This document shows positions 19,271 through 29,779 of a DNA stretch of 64,000 bases, one piece after another. The stretch spans positions 128,001 through 192,000 of the forward strand of contig CAWDPO010000040.1 of NCBI GenBank assembly GCA_963804165.1, in the 5' to 3' direction. The translations under genes and the position numbers were made by a program. The DNA comes from an uncultured delta proteobacterium (GTDB lineage Bacteria; Desulfobacterota; Binatia; UBA9968). The notes below the pieces were generated by a model. That model was not told the DNA's origin, did no database searches, and was given only the letters and a program-made list of their open reading frames with translations. How positions within the stretch are numbered: position 1 is the first letter of the stretch; every line of letters begins with the position of its first letter.

Positions 19271-21727
19271 ATGGCGAGCCGAAAAAAAACCCGTTCTACT
19301 CGTTCCACTAAAAACACAAAAACAAGGTCCACCGTCGGTCCCTCGAATAGAAAAACAAACAGCGACGTTGGAGACGCCCATTTGCGTTCGACCGTTGGCG
19401 GCCCTGCACGCGCTGGCGGTTCCGCCGAGGATGCGCTGTCTGTTAAGTTCCAGGCGACCCAGAAGCTCGTCGCAGACATGCCATACAACTCGAACAAAGC
19501 GCTCGAGCACGGCGAACTTTCTTCGCAGCCTCAAGAGGGGCAGAGAGTCACTCCCACCGATCCGTCAGCGACCGGCAGCACGTTGACCGAAACCAATCCA
19601 TCCGATAAGACAGGCGCCGGCAAGCCGCAGCTGGGGACCAATCCAGGCAGTCTTCCACTCGACCGGGTCCGTGTCGATTCGAGCGGGCAGACGCTCACCA
19701 CTAACCAGGGCGTTCCCATCGCCGACAATCAGAATTCGCTCAAAGCGGGGTATCGCGGACCTGCACTGCTGCAAGATTTTATTCTGCGCGAGAAGATCAC
19801 TCATTTTGACCACGAGCGCATACCGGAGCGCATTGTCCACGCCCGGGGTTCGGCGGCACATGGGTATTTCGAATGCTACGAATCGCTTAAAAAATATACG
19901 GCTGCGTCGCTGTTCGCCGAGGGCGGGAAGAGGACACCGGTCTTCGTCCGCTTCTCGACCGTCATTGGCGAACGGGGCTCTGCCGACACGGTGCGGGATG
20001 TGCGAGGTTTTGCTGTCAAGTTCTACACCGACCAAGGCAATTGGGACCTGGTCGGCAACAACATTCCCGTCTTCTTCATTCAGGACGCGATGAAATTTCC
20101 GGATCTGGTTCATGCAGCCAAGCCCGAGCCTCATTTCGCCGTACCGCAAGCGTCAACGGCCCACGATACTTTCTGGGACTTTATTTCCCTGATGCCGGAA
20201 TCGACGCACATGATGTTGTGGGTGATGTCGGACCGCGCCATTCCTCGCAGCTATCGCATGATGCAGGGCTTCGGTGTGCATACCTTTCGGTTAGTGAATG
20301 ACGACGGCGAGTCTCGTTTCGTAAAATTTCACTGGCGCCCGATGGCCGGAACCCACTCGCTCGATTGGGACGAGGCAGTCAAAATCGCAGGGGCTGATGC
20401 CGACTTTCACCGCCGCGACTTGTGGGAGGCGATCGAATCCGGCGCCTATCCGGAGTACGAGTTCGGCATGCAGATCTTCACTGAAGAGCAGGCCGAAAAG
20501 TTCAGCTTCGACGTATTAGACGCCACTAAAATCGTGCCGGAGGAACTCGTGCCTTTGACGCCTGTCGGGAAAATGGTTCTTAATCGCAACCCGGATAATT
20601 TCTTTGCGGAAACCGAGCAGGTTGCCTTCTGCGCCGCGCACATTGTTCCCGGATTGGACTTTTCTAACGATCCGCTACTGGCCGGTCGCATTCACTCATA
20701 TCAAGACACGCAGATATCGCGGCTCGGCGGCGCCAACTTTCATGAAATTCCCATTAACGCGCCGGTGGCGCCGCCGCACAACAACCAGCGTGATGGAATG
20801 CATCGTCAGGCGATCAATCGGGGCCGCGTCGCATACGAACCGAACTCGCTCGCAGGCGGCTGTCCTTTCCAGGCCGGCGCGGCTGGTTTTACTTCTTTTC
20901 CAGAGCCTCTAGTCGGGGACCAGGTGCGCGGTAAGCCTGAGCGCTTCGCGGATCATTACACGCAGGCGACGCTGTTCTGGAACAGCCAGACGGATGTTGA
21001 GAAGGCGCATATCATTCGGGGTTTTCGCTTCGAGCTGTCCCGCGCACAGATCCCAGCAGTGCGGACACGTGTCGTCGCCATGCTTGCCAACGTCGCAGAG
21101 GATCTTGCCGCCAGCGTCGCCCAAGGGCTTGGCATGGCTATGCCGGCGGCTTTGCCGAAGGTCATGGAAAAACCAACCGCGCCCGAAGTCGAGGCATCGC
21201 CTGCGCTGTCGCTGTTCGCCCGCCCCGGCGACGGCAGCATACGCACCCGGAGGATTGCAATTTTAGTCGCCGACGGGGTGGCTGGCGCGGATCTGAAGGC
21301 GCTGCACGACGGTCTCGTCGCACAGGGAGCGGTACCGCGCTATGTCGGAGCTCGCCTCGGCAGCGTTGAAAGCGCAGATGGAGATCCGATCGAAATAGAT
21401 ACGACTCTGGAGGCGGTTCCCGCCGTGCTCTATGACGCACTCGTAGTGCCTAGTGGCCGCGAAGCCGTAAAAACGCTCGGCAACCTGGGCCAGGCGGCGG
21501 AGTTCGTTAAGGAACAGTATCGCCATTGCAAACCGATTTTGGTGCTCGGCGCGGGCAGAGACTTGGTAGAAAATGCGGGAGTGCCGTTAACCCTATCAAA
21601 CGGCGAACGCGATCCTGGGCTACTGCAATTCCCGGATGAACACGTCGAGGCAGCTCTCGAACACTTTATAGCGGCGATTGCAAAGCACCGCCATTTTGCA
21701 AGGGAAATTGATCCTCCGCCGGTTTAA
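19271..21727 (+). CDS. katE: Large-subunit catalase HPII with C-terminal DJ-1/GATase-like domain
   Basis: [37 protein letters not shown] heme-ligand region; YRHCKPI C-terminal domain. Confidence 0.96.
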   Translation: MASRKKTRSTRSTKNTKTRSTVGPSNRKTNSDVGDAHLRSTVGGPARAGGSAEDALSVKFQATQKLVADMPYNSNKALEHGELSSQPQEGQRVTPTDPSATGSTLTETNPSDKTGAGKPQLGTNPGSLPLDRVRVDSSGQTLTTNQGVPIADNQNSLKAGYRGPALLQDFILREKITHFDHERIPERIVHARGSAAHGYFECYESLKKYTAASLFAEGGKRTPVFVRFSTVIGERGSADTVRDVRGFAVKFYTDQGNWDLVGNNIPVFFIQDAMKFPDLVHAAKPEPHFAVPQASTAHDTFWDFISLMPESTHMMLWVMSDRAIPRSYRMMQGFGVHTFRLVNDDGESRFVKFHWRPMAGTHSLDWDEAVKIAGADADFHRRDLWEAIESGAYPEYEFGMQIFTEEQAEKFSFDVLDATKIVPEELVPLTPVGKMVLNRNPDNFFAETEQVAFCAAHIVPGLDFSNDPLLAGRIHSYQDTQISRLGGANFHEIPINAPVAPPHNNQRDGMHRQAINRGRVAYEPNSLAGGCPFQAGAAGFTSFPEPLVGDQVRGKPERFADHYTQATLFWNSQTDVEKAHIIRGFRFELSRAQIPAVRTRVVAMLANVAEDLAASVAQGLGMAMPAALPKVMEKPTAPEVEASPALSLFARPGDGSIRTRRIAILVADGVAGADLKALHDGLVAQGAVPRYVGARLGSVESADGDPIEIDTTLEAVPAVLYDALVVPSGREAVKTLGNLGQAAEFVKEQYRHCKPILVLGAGRDLVENAGVPLTLSNGERDPGLLQFPDEHVEAALEHFIAAIAKHRHFAREIDPPPV

Positions 21728-21879
21728 CCCACCCACGCAACCCGCCAACCGAGCTTCAGTCTCTTAAACTTCACGGGTCAGTCCGGATCCGAGCGACAGC
21801 GTTAAATCAAGCAACTCACAACCGCTCGCCGTCTTTCCCTGCACGCCCACATGACGGTGACCAGCCAGCCAGCGCACCG

Positions 21880-22545
21880 TTATCCGCGGCCGGTCATGGA
21901 GTGAGGCGCATCTACCGGTTTAGACTCCGGCGATCCCTTCTCGCGCAACACGATGCTGAGAACAATCATCACGGCGATGGAAAAAAACTCGCTCTGCCAA
22001 TTTTGCAGTGACTCGAACCAGAATTGGGCCGTGGCGAGATACTCGATCATGCTGACCGCGTGACCGCCGTGCGCGACTTCCCGCATGCTGTGTATCCTCG
22101 CGCCGCTCACGGCGTGCCACGCGAAAGCGATACCAAATAATAAAAGCAAGGCGAGGCTCAACGAATGACTGTAAAGGGTCAGGCTCAACCCACCCCGGCG
22201 TACGGGCCACGGCGTATCCTGCTTTAATCGCGCCACCCGCGGATCACGATCCACGGCTTCATTGCCATCAAGGGATTTGGATTCCGCCGAGCCTTTCTGA
22301 AACAGGAACGTCGTGAGCACGACGTAGGCGAACATCTGCAGAAATTCACTTTCCCAGTTTTCCATTGTCGCTTCGATAAAAGCATCACTGACCAGGTACT
22401 CCGCGAAGGTGATCGGCGCGAGGCGATGGTCGATACGCTCTTGATTATGCTGGCGCTGCCCGACAACGCTCAAGCCGATTTCAAAAATCGCGAATAAGGC
22501 AAAGAGTACGATCGATAGTCCGTTATTGTGGAGTACGCGCTTCAT
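21880..22545 (-). CDS. DUF6766-like membrane protein (internal duplication)
   Basis: Repeated ENWESEFLQ / QNWQSEFFS and KGSAESK / KGSPESK motifs. Confidence 0.8.
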   Translation of the reverse strand: MKRVLHNNGLSIVLFALFAIFEIGLSVVGQRQHNQERIDHRLAPITFAEYLVSDAFIEATMENWESEFLQMFAYVVLTTFLFQKGSAESKSLDGNEAVDRDPRVARLKQDTPWPVRRGGLSLTLYSHSLSLALLLLFGIAFAWHAVSGARIHSMREVAHGGHAVSMIEYLATAQFWFESLQNWQSEFFSIAVMIVLSIVLREKGSPESKPVDAPHSMTGRG

Positions 22546-22744
22546 TAGTTACGCCCCGACCAAATTCCCTGTGAACTCGACGAAGCAAATTTCGGTCCTC
22601 GAATGAGAGGTCAGGGAAGAAGCAACAAGCTCACGCCATCGCTTTGCGCTGCAGATTGTCCGCGTCGTTCCTACTGCATGTGAGGAAATCCCCTGCGAAA
22701 GTGATTCCAGATACGCTTGAGGCGAGAATGAGCGATATCGCAGG

Positions 22745-22762
22745 TGTCCGAAGTTTGCGACA
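22745..22762. promoter_or_regulatory. Candidate activator binding site TGTC-N10-GACA (exact)
   Basis: tgtccgaagtttgcgaca, about 210 nt upstream of the sigma54 motif; an N11 variant lies at 22902-22920. Confidence 0.45.
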
Positions 22763-22971
22763 GTGGTTTTAAGCAAAGAGGAAGTAATTCGGCGAACGAA
22801 CGAAGACGCGGCAAGTCATCTGGATTGCGGATTGAAAAGGATTTCGAGTTGGAGTTTTGTCCACGATCTCAGCGCTCGCGTGCGTATTGAAAAATCCGTA
22901 TTGTCCGAATTTTTGAGACAGTTTTCAGCGGACTGCGCCGAGAAAGCGCTGATATATCTTCGTCGATCTGC

Positions 22972-22987
22972 TGGCATACTAGTTGCG
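22972..22987 (+). promoter_or_regulatory. Putative sigma54 promoter
   Basis: TGGCAT-ACTAG-TTGCG upstream of the ferritin-like gene. Confidence 0.65.
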
Positions 22988-23063
22988 CCTTAGAGTGAAA
23001 AGGATCGCTGGAATTCCCAAAGCGACCATTTAACTAACCTATCGCAGCTTTAAAGGAGAAAAA

Positions 23064-23657
23064 ATGAAAAACGAACAATTCAACCAGCTACTGTACGAAG
23101 CGTTGGAAACCGAAATAGGCGGTGTCCAGGTTTATGAAAACGCCATTCAATGCGCGGTCAACGATGACCTCAAAGAAGAGTGGCAGGAGTATCTCGAACA
23201 AACCCAAAAGCATGAACAGATCGTGCGCGGCCTATTTGAAAAATTCGGCCTGGATCCCGAAGCGGAGACGCCGGGACGCAAGGTGGTTCGGCACATCGGT
23301 GAATCGCTGGTCAAAGCGATGCAGATGGCGCGCGAAACCGGCGAACCGGACGCCGCGCAAATCGTCGCCGCTGAATGCGTCGTCGAAGCGGAAACGAAGG
23401 ATCATCTCAACTGGGAGCTCTTGGCGCAGGTGGCGGAAAAAAGCAAAGGCGACGACCGAAAGATCCTGCGCGACGCTCTTGACCAAGTTGAGGATGAAGA
23501 AGACGAGCACCTTTACCATACCACGGGATGGAGTCGCGAGTTGTGGATCCAGTCGCTGGGATTGCCGGCGGTGATACCGCCACCGGAAGAAGAAAAAGAC
23601 GTGAAGACGGCGATCGGCGCGGCACGTGCTAAGCAAAGCCGTAAAGAAATGCTTTAG
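23064..23657 (+). CDS. Ferritin-like stress protein (DUF892/YciF-related)
   Basis: EALETEIGG, EAETKDH, EDEEDEHL four-helix-bundle ligands; SD aaggag. Confidence 0.8.
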   Translation: MKNEQFNQLLYEALETEIGGVQVYENAIQCAVNDDLKEEWQEYLEQTQKHEQIVRGLFEKFGLDPEAETPGRKVVRHIGESLVKAMQMARETGEPDAAQIVAAECVVEAETKDHLNWELLAQVAEKSKGDDRKILRDALDQVEDEEDEHLYHTTGWSRELWIQSLGLPAVIPPPEEEKDVKTAIGAARAKQSRKEML

Positions 23658-23813
23658 GCCGCTGGGCCTGAGAGTCGATTGTTTTCCTGCTGCGAGTTTC
23701 ACAGCCTCAGCAGGAATCATGATTGGAATCTTCGAGGAAAAAACGATCGAAGAGATAGCTGTCATGCCAGGTAAAACTGTCGTTTTGGCATCAAACACAG
23801 AAAGGAGATAGAT

Positions 23814-24380
23814 ATGGCGGGTAAAAACACAGCTGCGTTCGGGATTTATCCCAACGAGGCAAGTCTGAGGATTGGCATCGAAGCGCTGCAGAGAGATGGC
23901 TTTCGAGTTGAGGACATCTCGGTGCTCTTTCCGGGAAACAGGGGCACCAAGGATTTTGCTCATGAGAAAGGAACTAAAGCACCGGAAGGCGCTGCCACAG
24001 GCGGTGGCTCCGGCGCTGTAGTGGGTGGGGTTCTGGGTTGGCTGGTGGGAATAGGCAGCATTGCGATTCCCGGCGTGGGCCCATTTATCGCCGCGGGTCC
24101 GATCATGGCAGCGTTGGCGGGCGCCGGGGTGGGTGGCGCGGTCGGCGGCTTGACGGGAGCGCTCATCGGCGCCGGAATTCCCGAGTACGAAGCGAAAAGA
24201 TACGAAGGTCTGGTAAAAAATGGCGGCATCCTGGTTTCCGTCCATTGCGATAACTCGGAGTGGACTGCAAAGGCGAAGGATATTCTGGAAAGAACCGGAG
24301 CTGACGATATCTCCTCCGCAGGGGAAGCGAGCGCGGACTTTGCAGAGACCGACAAACCGAAACCTCGTACTCACGTGTAG
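23814..24380 (+). CDS. General stress glycine-zipper protein (paralog of 1210..1749)
   Basis: DFAHEKGTKAPEGAATG...GPFIAAGP...GIPEYEAKRYEG; SD aaggag. Confidence 0.85.
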   Translation: MAGKNTAAFGIYPNEASLRIGIEALQRDGFRVEDISVLFPGNRGTKDFAHEKGTKAPEGAATGGGSGAVVGGVLGWLVGIGSIAIPGVGPFIAAGPIMAALAGAGVGGAVGGLTGALIGAGIPEYEAKRYEGLVKNGGILVSVHCDNSEWTAKAKDILERTGADDISSAGEASADFAETDKPKPRTHV

Positions 24381-24444
24381 ATGGATTCGCGGCCGGTGTT
24401 GGATGGTCAAGGAAAAGCTCACCGACGGAAGGAGGTGAACTCGA

Positions 24445-24603
24445 ATGGCCGACCAGAATTGTGCTCACACCGGGTGCAACTGTAAAGTCGAACAGGGTAA
24501 AGGCGTTTCCAAAGGCGGCAATACTTACTGCAGCGATCATTGCGGGAACGCCGGCTCGTCTGCTTCGAGCAAGTGCCAATGCAGACACCCAGGTTGCCAG
24601 TAG
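24445..24603 (+). CDS. Bacterial metallothionein (BmtA/SmtA-like, 52 aa)
   Basis: SD aaggaggt; MADQNCAHTGCNCKVEQGKGVSKGGNTYCSDHCGNAGSSASSKCQCRHPGCQ; CAHxxCxC, YCSxxC, CxCxHxGC. Confidence 0.85.
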   Translation: MADQNCAHTGCNCKVEQGKGVSKGGNTYCSDHCGNAGSSASSKCQCRHPGCQ

Positions 24604-24733
24604 AGTTCTAAGACGGATGGCGGTTATTGCAGCCGCCATCCGTCCTTTCAAGGCGATGATTTCATCACCTACGCGGGTCTCATTCAACTCGGGCGGTTCA
24701 CCTGGGTCGTGTTCATAAACGGGCAAAAATGAA

Positions 24734-25852
24734 ATGACTACTTCGAAACATCAGCGGCAAATCCGTTATGCGGTGGTCGGCTTGGGACATATCGCTCAAG
24801 TGGCCGTGCTCCCAGCGTTCGCGCATGCGCGGGAGAATTCGCAACTGACGGCGTTGGTGTCCGATGATCCGAAAAAACTAAAAACCCTGGGGCGCCGTTA
24901 TCACGTCGATCATCTCTTTTCTTACCGCGAATATGACGATTGCTTACGCAGCGGCATGGTGGACGCGGTTTATATTGCTTTGCCGAACCATCTGCATGCG
25001 GATTACAGCATACGCGCCGCGCGGGCCGGGATTCACGTTTTGTGCGAAAAACCCATGGCTGTTACCGAAAAGGAGTGTTGGGCGATGCTTCGCGCCGGGG
25101 AGCGTGCCGGCACTAAATTGATGATCGCCTATCGGCTTCATTTTGAAGAAGCTAATATGACGGCCGTAAGGATCGTACGCTCGGGAAAACTCGGCAATCC
25201 GCGCTTCTTCACGTCGGCGTTTTCGATGCAGGTGCGCCCGGACAATATTCGCACCGATCGAGAAAAAGGCGGTGGTACGCTTTACGACATCGGCATTTAT
25301 TGCATCAATGCCGCGCGCTATCTCTTCGGCGCAGAGCCCACGGAGGTGGTCGCATTCAGCAGCGCTAACAAAAAGGACCCGCGCTTCAAAGAAATCGACG
25401 AAACGACCAGCGCGCTTTTGCGCTTTCCGGACGATCGTCTGGCGGTCTTCACTTCGAGCTTTGGCGCGGCCGACGTGGCCAGTTACCGTCTGGTCGGCAC
25501 GAAAGGCGACGTGCGACTCGAGCAGGCTTACGAGTACGTTTATCCGATCGATCTATTCGTCACGGTCAAGGGCAAAAGCCGGAAGCAAACCTTTCGCAAA
25601 CGAGATCAGTTTGCGCCCGAGCTGATTTATTTCTCCAATTGTATTTTGAATAACAAGCGTCCCGAGCCCTCCGGGGCGGAGGGACTCGCGGACGTGCGTA
25701 TTATCGAGGCGCTCTATCGTTCGGCAAAACGACGGAGGCCGGTGAAAATCGAAGCCGTGCGCCAACGGCAAAGGCCGTCGATCAAACAAACAATACATCG
25801 CCCGGCTGTCGACAAGCCCGCACTTGTGCACACCGAGAGCGCTGCGTTGTAA
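24734..25852 (+). CDS. Gfo/Idh/MocA family oxidoreductase
   Basis: GLGHIA Rossmann motif, HVLCEKP, GGGTLYDIGIY. Confidence 0.92.
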   Translation: MTTSKHQRQIRYAVVGLGHIAQVAVLPAFAHARENSQLTALVSDDPKKLKTLGRRYHVDHLFSYREYDDCLRSGMVDAVYIALPNHLHADYSIRAARAGIHVLCEKPMAVTEKECWAMLRAGERAGTKLMIAYRLHFEEANMTAVRIVRSGKLGNPRFFTSAFSMQVRPDNIRTDREKGGGTLYDIGIYCINAARYLFGAEPTEVVAFSSANKKDPRFKEIDETTSALLRFPDDRLAVFTSSFGAADVASYRLVGTKGDVRLEQAYEYVYPIDLFVTVKGKSRKQTFRKRDQFAPELIYFSNCILNNKRPEPSGAEGLADVRIIEALYRSAKRRRPVKIEAVRQRQRPSIKQTIHRPAVDKPALVHTESAAL

Positions 25853-25947
25853 CGCGAAATTCCTGATCAGGGAAAGTTTTACCATTGCCTTCGCGATCGA
25901 TAGGGAATAGCCGCAGCGTCTAGTCCTAGAGAAAGGGGAGAATCGCT

Positions 25948-26022
25948 ATGAATAATATCTTCTACATCATTGGCGTCATTGTAGTGGTGCTTTTCATTCT
26001 TGGTTACTTGGGCCTGCGGTAG
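25948..26022 (+). CDS. Small single-TM peptide (24 aa)
   Basis: SD aaggggag; MNNIFYIIGVIVVVLFILGYLGLR. Confidence 0.65.
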   Translation: MNNIFYIIGVIVVVLFILGYLGLR

Positions 26023-26048
26023 TGTCATCACTTCGCTACTCGAAAGGT

Positions 26049-26200
26049 TAGTGTCCTGGCCCAGAAGTTCATTGAATAATCATTTGGCTTTGACCGTCAT
26101 GCCGGTGAAGACCGGCATCCAGAACTCTTTGAAAAATCCTGGATTCCGGGTCGCGCTAGCTATTTCCAACTTGCCCGGAATGACGATTGAATTATGCGAG
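26049..26200. repeat. MITE/REP-like element, copy A
   Basis: Starts tagtgtcctggcccagaagttc (shared with 27591); internal gtcatgccggtgaagaccggcatccag...ctggattccggg...cccggaatgac palindromes. Confidence 0.6.
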
Positions 26201-26227
26201 CGTCCTGAAGTTGAGTTGAGAACAGCG

Positions 26228-26389
26228 ATGTTAGGGCTGATAGGTTTTACAGGGATCAAGAGAAAAGAACCGCCGAATCCTAAGAATCCGCCCATAAAAG
26301 AGCCCAAGACTCGGAAGAAACCCATCGGAGATCCTCCACCCAAGAGACGGCCAAAACGAGTTGCGCCTTTGGAGAACTTAACGGCGTGA
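26228..26389 (+). CDS. Small Pro/Lys-rich hypothetical protein
   Basis: KEPPNPKNPPIKEPKTRKKPIGDPPPKRRP; weak start signal. Confidence 0.35.
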   Translation: MLGLIGFTGIKRKEPPNPKNPPIKEPKTRKKPIGDPPPKRRPKRVAPLENLTA

Positions 26390-26591
26390 CGCGAAATGGC
26401 CAAGTATTTTGCCGCTCATGCCCAGGCAGAGGCGTCTCAGTTTTGGCGGTGCGCGGCGCTTCATTCCAATTCACAGCGCTCGTGAACGAGCTGTCCTCTT
26501 TGAAGCCGGCCATCCGACTTACCCGTTGATTGCATCGCCACCGCGTTGGCGGTTTTATAATGGAGAGGCTGACGGAAAGGCGGTTTGATCT

Positions 26592-27551
26592 ATGGCATTT
26601 TGCTTGCTGCCGGACGAATCGGTGGAAGATGGAATCAAGCGGGTTGTCAGCGAAGAAATCAGCCAAGCGATCAAAGAAATTGATAACCCCAGATTGAAGC
26701 GCAGCGAAGCCATCCACGAAGTCCGCAAACACTGCAAGAAGATCCGCGGGCTGCTCCGACTCGTCAGACGAGAGTTCGAAGAGACTTATCAGTTTGAAAA
26801 CGGCTGGTTTCGCGATGCGGCGAAAGGGCTTGCCGAGCTGCGCGACGCCGAAGCCATAATCGAGACCTACGATAGCCTGATGGATAAATTCAGCGATCAA
26901 GTCGACCGGCGCGCCTTTGCGCCGATGCGCCGGGCATTGACCCTGCGACGGAAAAAGATCATGGAAGAGACCGGAGACTTGAGTCAGAAACTCAAACAGC
27001 TTCGCACCCACATGGAGAAAGCCGCCCGACGGGTCGCGGCTTGGAAACTAAAGGTGAAAGAATTCGACGGTATCGAAGGGGGACTCGTCGCCACCTATCG
27101 ACGAGCGCGCAAGACCCTGGTCACCGCCTACGACGAGCCGAGCGCGGAGAATTTTCACGAATGGCGAAAGCAGGCCAAGTATCACGATTATCATATGAGA
27201 TTGTTACGCGAACTGTGGAAACCGGTTATGCGCTCGCTGTCGAAGCAGACCGACGATCTGTCGGATCTACTGGGTGACGATCATAACCTCGACGTCCTTC
27301 ACAAGATGTTGCTCAAATCTCCTAAAAAATACGGCAAGAAACGGGATATCCAGGTGCTCCTGGGTTTGATCGACCGGAGCAGCGCCGAGCTAAGGATGGA
27401 AGCCCACTCCGTCGGCGCAAGAATCTTTGCGGAAAAGCCAAAGACTTTCGGCCGCCGCTTCAGCGATTATTGGGAAGCATGGCGGTCCGAGGCCGAGCTT
27501 CCCTCGAAAAAACTCAGCGAAGAGCCCGCCGTCGTCACTGTGGCCGCATGA
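26592..27551 (+). CDS. CHAD domain protein
   Basis: IHEVRKHCKKIR, LRDAE, FHEWRKQAK, LGDDHNL. Confidence 0.9.
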   Translation: MAFCLLPDESVEDGIKRVVSEEISQAIKEIDNPRLKRSEAIHEVRKHCKKIRGLLRLVRREFEETYQFENGWFRDAAKGLAELRDAEAIIETYDSLMDKFSDQVDRRAFAPMRRALTLRRKKIMEETGDLSQKLKQLRTHMEKAARRVAAWKLKVKEFDGIEGGLVATYRRARKTLVTAYDEPSAENFHEWRKQAKYHDYHMRLLRELWKPVMRSLSKQTDDLSDLLGDDHNLDVLHKMLLKSPKKYGKKRDIQVLLGLIDRSSAELRMEAHSVGARIFAEKPKTFGRRFSDYWEAWRSEAELPSKKLSEEPAVVTVAA

Positions 27552-27590
27552 CTTCCTCATTCGGCGCGCCTTTTTGGGCCAGGCTCTAGC

Positions 27591-27701
27591 CTAGTATCCT
27601 GTCCCAGAAGTTCGCGACATAATTCTCGCGTCATTCCGTCGGAAAATCTCCCCTTCCCCTCTTTGGCAAAGAGGGGTGAGAATCGCACGGCGCCACACTA
27701 G
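27591..27701. repeat. MITE-like element, copy B
   Basis: ctagtatcctgtcccagaagttc...cccctctttggcaaagagggg hairpin...ccacactag; CTAG at both ends. Confidence 0.6.
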
Positions 27702-27984
27702 ATTATTGGCCCGCGTAAACGGGTGTTCTCGATCCTTCGCCTTCGGTGCCCGGCCAAGGCGTAGCCAATTGATCCGGACTCGATTCCATTTTCAATTGCC
27801 GGTGTTGCAAACGCCCGGAGCCTTTATCGTCTCTAAGTATCGCTCGCCGATTTTTCGCTAGCGCACCTCCGCTCCTGTGACACCGATCGCGAGGTAACCT
27901 TGGACGATATTTTGTGAAGCGCATTAGTTGCTAAGCTAACCAAACGGTCCTTCGTGTCAGTCTTTGCAGCTTCGGATATGGCAG

Positions 27985-28959
27985 CTATTTACGAACGCGC
28001 TCCGCTGCGACCGACTCACCTTGCGATTGCCGCTTTGTCCTGCGAGGGGTGAGAAACACGACGGCATGAGAGCCGACCTTAATGTCAATCTCTTTCTGTC
28101 GAGCCGATTTCCGATCTTTGCCGGTTGGCCAAGACTTGTCGTCGATATGAACGGGAAAGTCGTCCCATCTAAGTTGTAGATGTCGCCCCTGACGAACCGG
28201 AAGATTCGCATTCGCGAGGCCGCCCGCTAAGGTTTTCGTCAGATAGGTGCGCAACTTGCCTTGCTCACGACGGGACAGCAAAACCACGTCGAGAAGTCCA
28301 TCGTTGGTATCCGCGCCGGGAACCAGATCGAGGTTGGGACCGACGTACCGGATATTCAATGCTTCCAGCATAATATATTCACCCGACAGATCTTGGTCAT
28401 CCAGGCGAATCTTCAATTTCTTTGGACGATGTTTGTGGATCTCGTCTTTCAAGATACGCAGGACCGACTTGATCTCCGCCTTGCGGCCGACCTCCTCCGG
28501 AGGATCAACATTTTTCTGGACTTCCAGTCTGGCGACCGTCGTGGCAAATAGTCCGACTCCGAAGCCCTCGATGAAGTAATTTGAGCCCCATGGACCCTTG
28601 GCACGGCCAATGTCAAAATTGATGCGCCGCGCCGACTTCCATCCCCGGACCAGCTGTTTCAGCGGCCTACCCGTCAGGCCGAGCGAGTGAGCGATGTTGT
28701 TGGCCGTTCCCACGGGTAAAATGGCTATAGGGGTGCGGTTGCCAACCATTCTCCGGGCGACCTTGCCGACGGTGCCGTCGCCGCCTGCGACCGCAATGAT
28801 GTCGCAGGATTTCTTCTTGATCGCCTTTTTCCATTTATTCTGTTTCGCAGATTGATAGTTGACTTTGTGTCCGGCGGCACGAATCATAGCGACAATCTGC
28901 TTACCCGACAGCTGCGAGTCGTCACCGGCGGATGGATTATGAATGAGCGTAATTTTAAT
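27985..28959 (-). CDS. Diacylglycerol/lipid kinase family protein (apparent ATT start)
   Basis: AGGDGT, PVGTANN, DGLLD, HIDD motifs; the N-terminal (I)KITLIHNPSAG motif lies upstream of the ORF-track ATG, after SD aaggaggt. Confidence 0.85.
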   Translation of the reverse strand: MKITLIHNPSAGDDSQLSGKQIVAMIRAAGHKVNYQSAKQNKWKKAIKKKSCDIIAVAGGDGTVGKVARRMVGNRTPIAILPVGTANNIAHSLGLTGRPLKQLVRGWKSARRINFDIGRAKGPWGSNYFIEGFGVGLFATTVARLEVQKNVDPPEEVGRKAEIKSVLRILKDEIHKHRPKKLKIRLDDQDLSGEYIMLEALNIRYVGPNLDLVPGADTNDGLLDVVLLSRREQGKLRTYLTKTLAGGLANANLPVRQGRHLQLRWDDFPVHIDDKSWPTGKDRKSARQKEIDIKVGSHAVVFLTPRRTKRQSQGESVAAERVRK

Positions 28960-29005
28960 GGGTCTACCTCCTTAGACCGGCACTCTCACGGGCCAATGCT
29001 CGGTG

Positions 29006-29476
29006 TCAGGCGCGATGACTGGACCGTCGGATTCGGGTATACAAACCCAATTGCCGCAGTTTTTCGCTGCTAAATATCATACAGTCGCTTTGTCCGTCGA
29101 AGCCTCGGCAATCGACGGAAACGGAATCAGACATCCAGGAAATATGAAAAGCGCTTACCCCGTTCCGGTCGAGCAGATCCCCCAGAGTACGTAATAGTCG
29201 AGACAGGTTGCATGGCGTCTGCAAACGCGCAAGAGAATAATTCCGTCTCTGTTTATGTCCTTGGGCGTCAAGCCGTGAAATATAGGATGGATTGAAACGC
29301 AATGACCGGATTGCGGCACACCGGCCGCCAGGCTCAAAAGAATCGCTCTTATTGAGATCTGTGAGCGAATCACTGCGCACGATATAACCGTCACCGTCAT
29401 TCTCCAGCTCAAAAACCGCCACCCGCGCGGCCTCCAGCGACTGTCCGATCACTCTTAACGATTTAGCATGAGTCAT
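29006..29476 (-). CDS. Hypothetical protein with internal repeat
   Basis: SLRVIGQSLE..AVFEL and LLRTLGDLLD..SAFHI look like duplicated units. Confidence 0.55.
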   Translation of the reverse strand: MTHAKSLRVIGQSLEAARVAVFELENDGDGYIVRSDSLTDLNKSDSFEPGGRCAAIRSLRFNPSYISRLDAQGHKQRRNYSLARLQTPCNLSRLLRTLGDLLDRNGVSAFHISWMSDSVSVDCRGFDGQSDCMIFSSEKLRQLGLYTRIRRSSHRA

Positions 29477-29763
29477 TGGATATTGGTTTTCATCTTATTA
29501 ATGCGCCAGCTGCCAACATAGCCGGGAGAAATGTTTTTAATGTCCCTTTCGGGGATGGTTGAAATTCAGGCCGGCGCAGGGCGGCCTCGACGTTCGATCT
29601 CGGTTCAAGTTCAAAAAACCGCCTGGATTCCGGCTTCCGCCGGACCGACGGAAACAAGAGTCGACTTCCAGTCGACAATTCTTTTAAAACCCTTCGGCTT
29701 GGAGTCACGGCTCGTTGAGTTTTTGATCGATGAACATCCCTTCCGATATTGAGACCAGGACTG

Positions 29764-29779
29764 AGCAATGGATATGCCA
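29764..29779 (-). promoter_or_regulatory. Putative sigma54 promoter
   Basis: Reverse strand TGGCAT-ATCCA-TTGCT, co-oriented with 29006..29476 and the DAGK gene. Confidence 0.6.

Noticed and set aside
23232-24422. 396-aa minus-strand ORF
   Set aside because: Antisense to two well-supported genes that have SD sequences.
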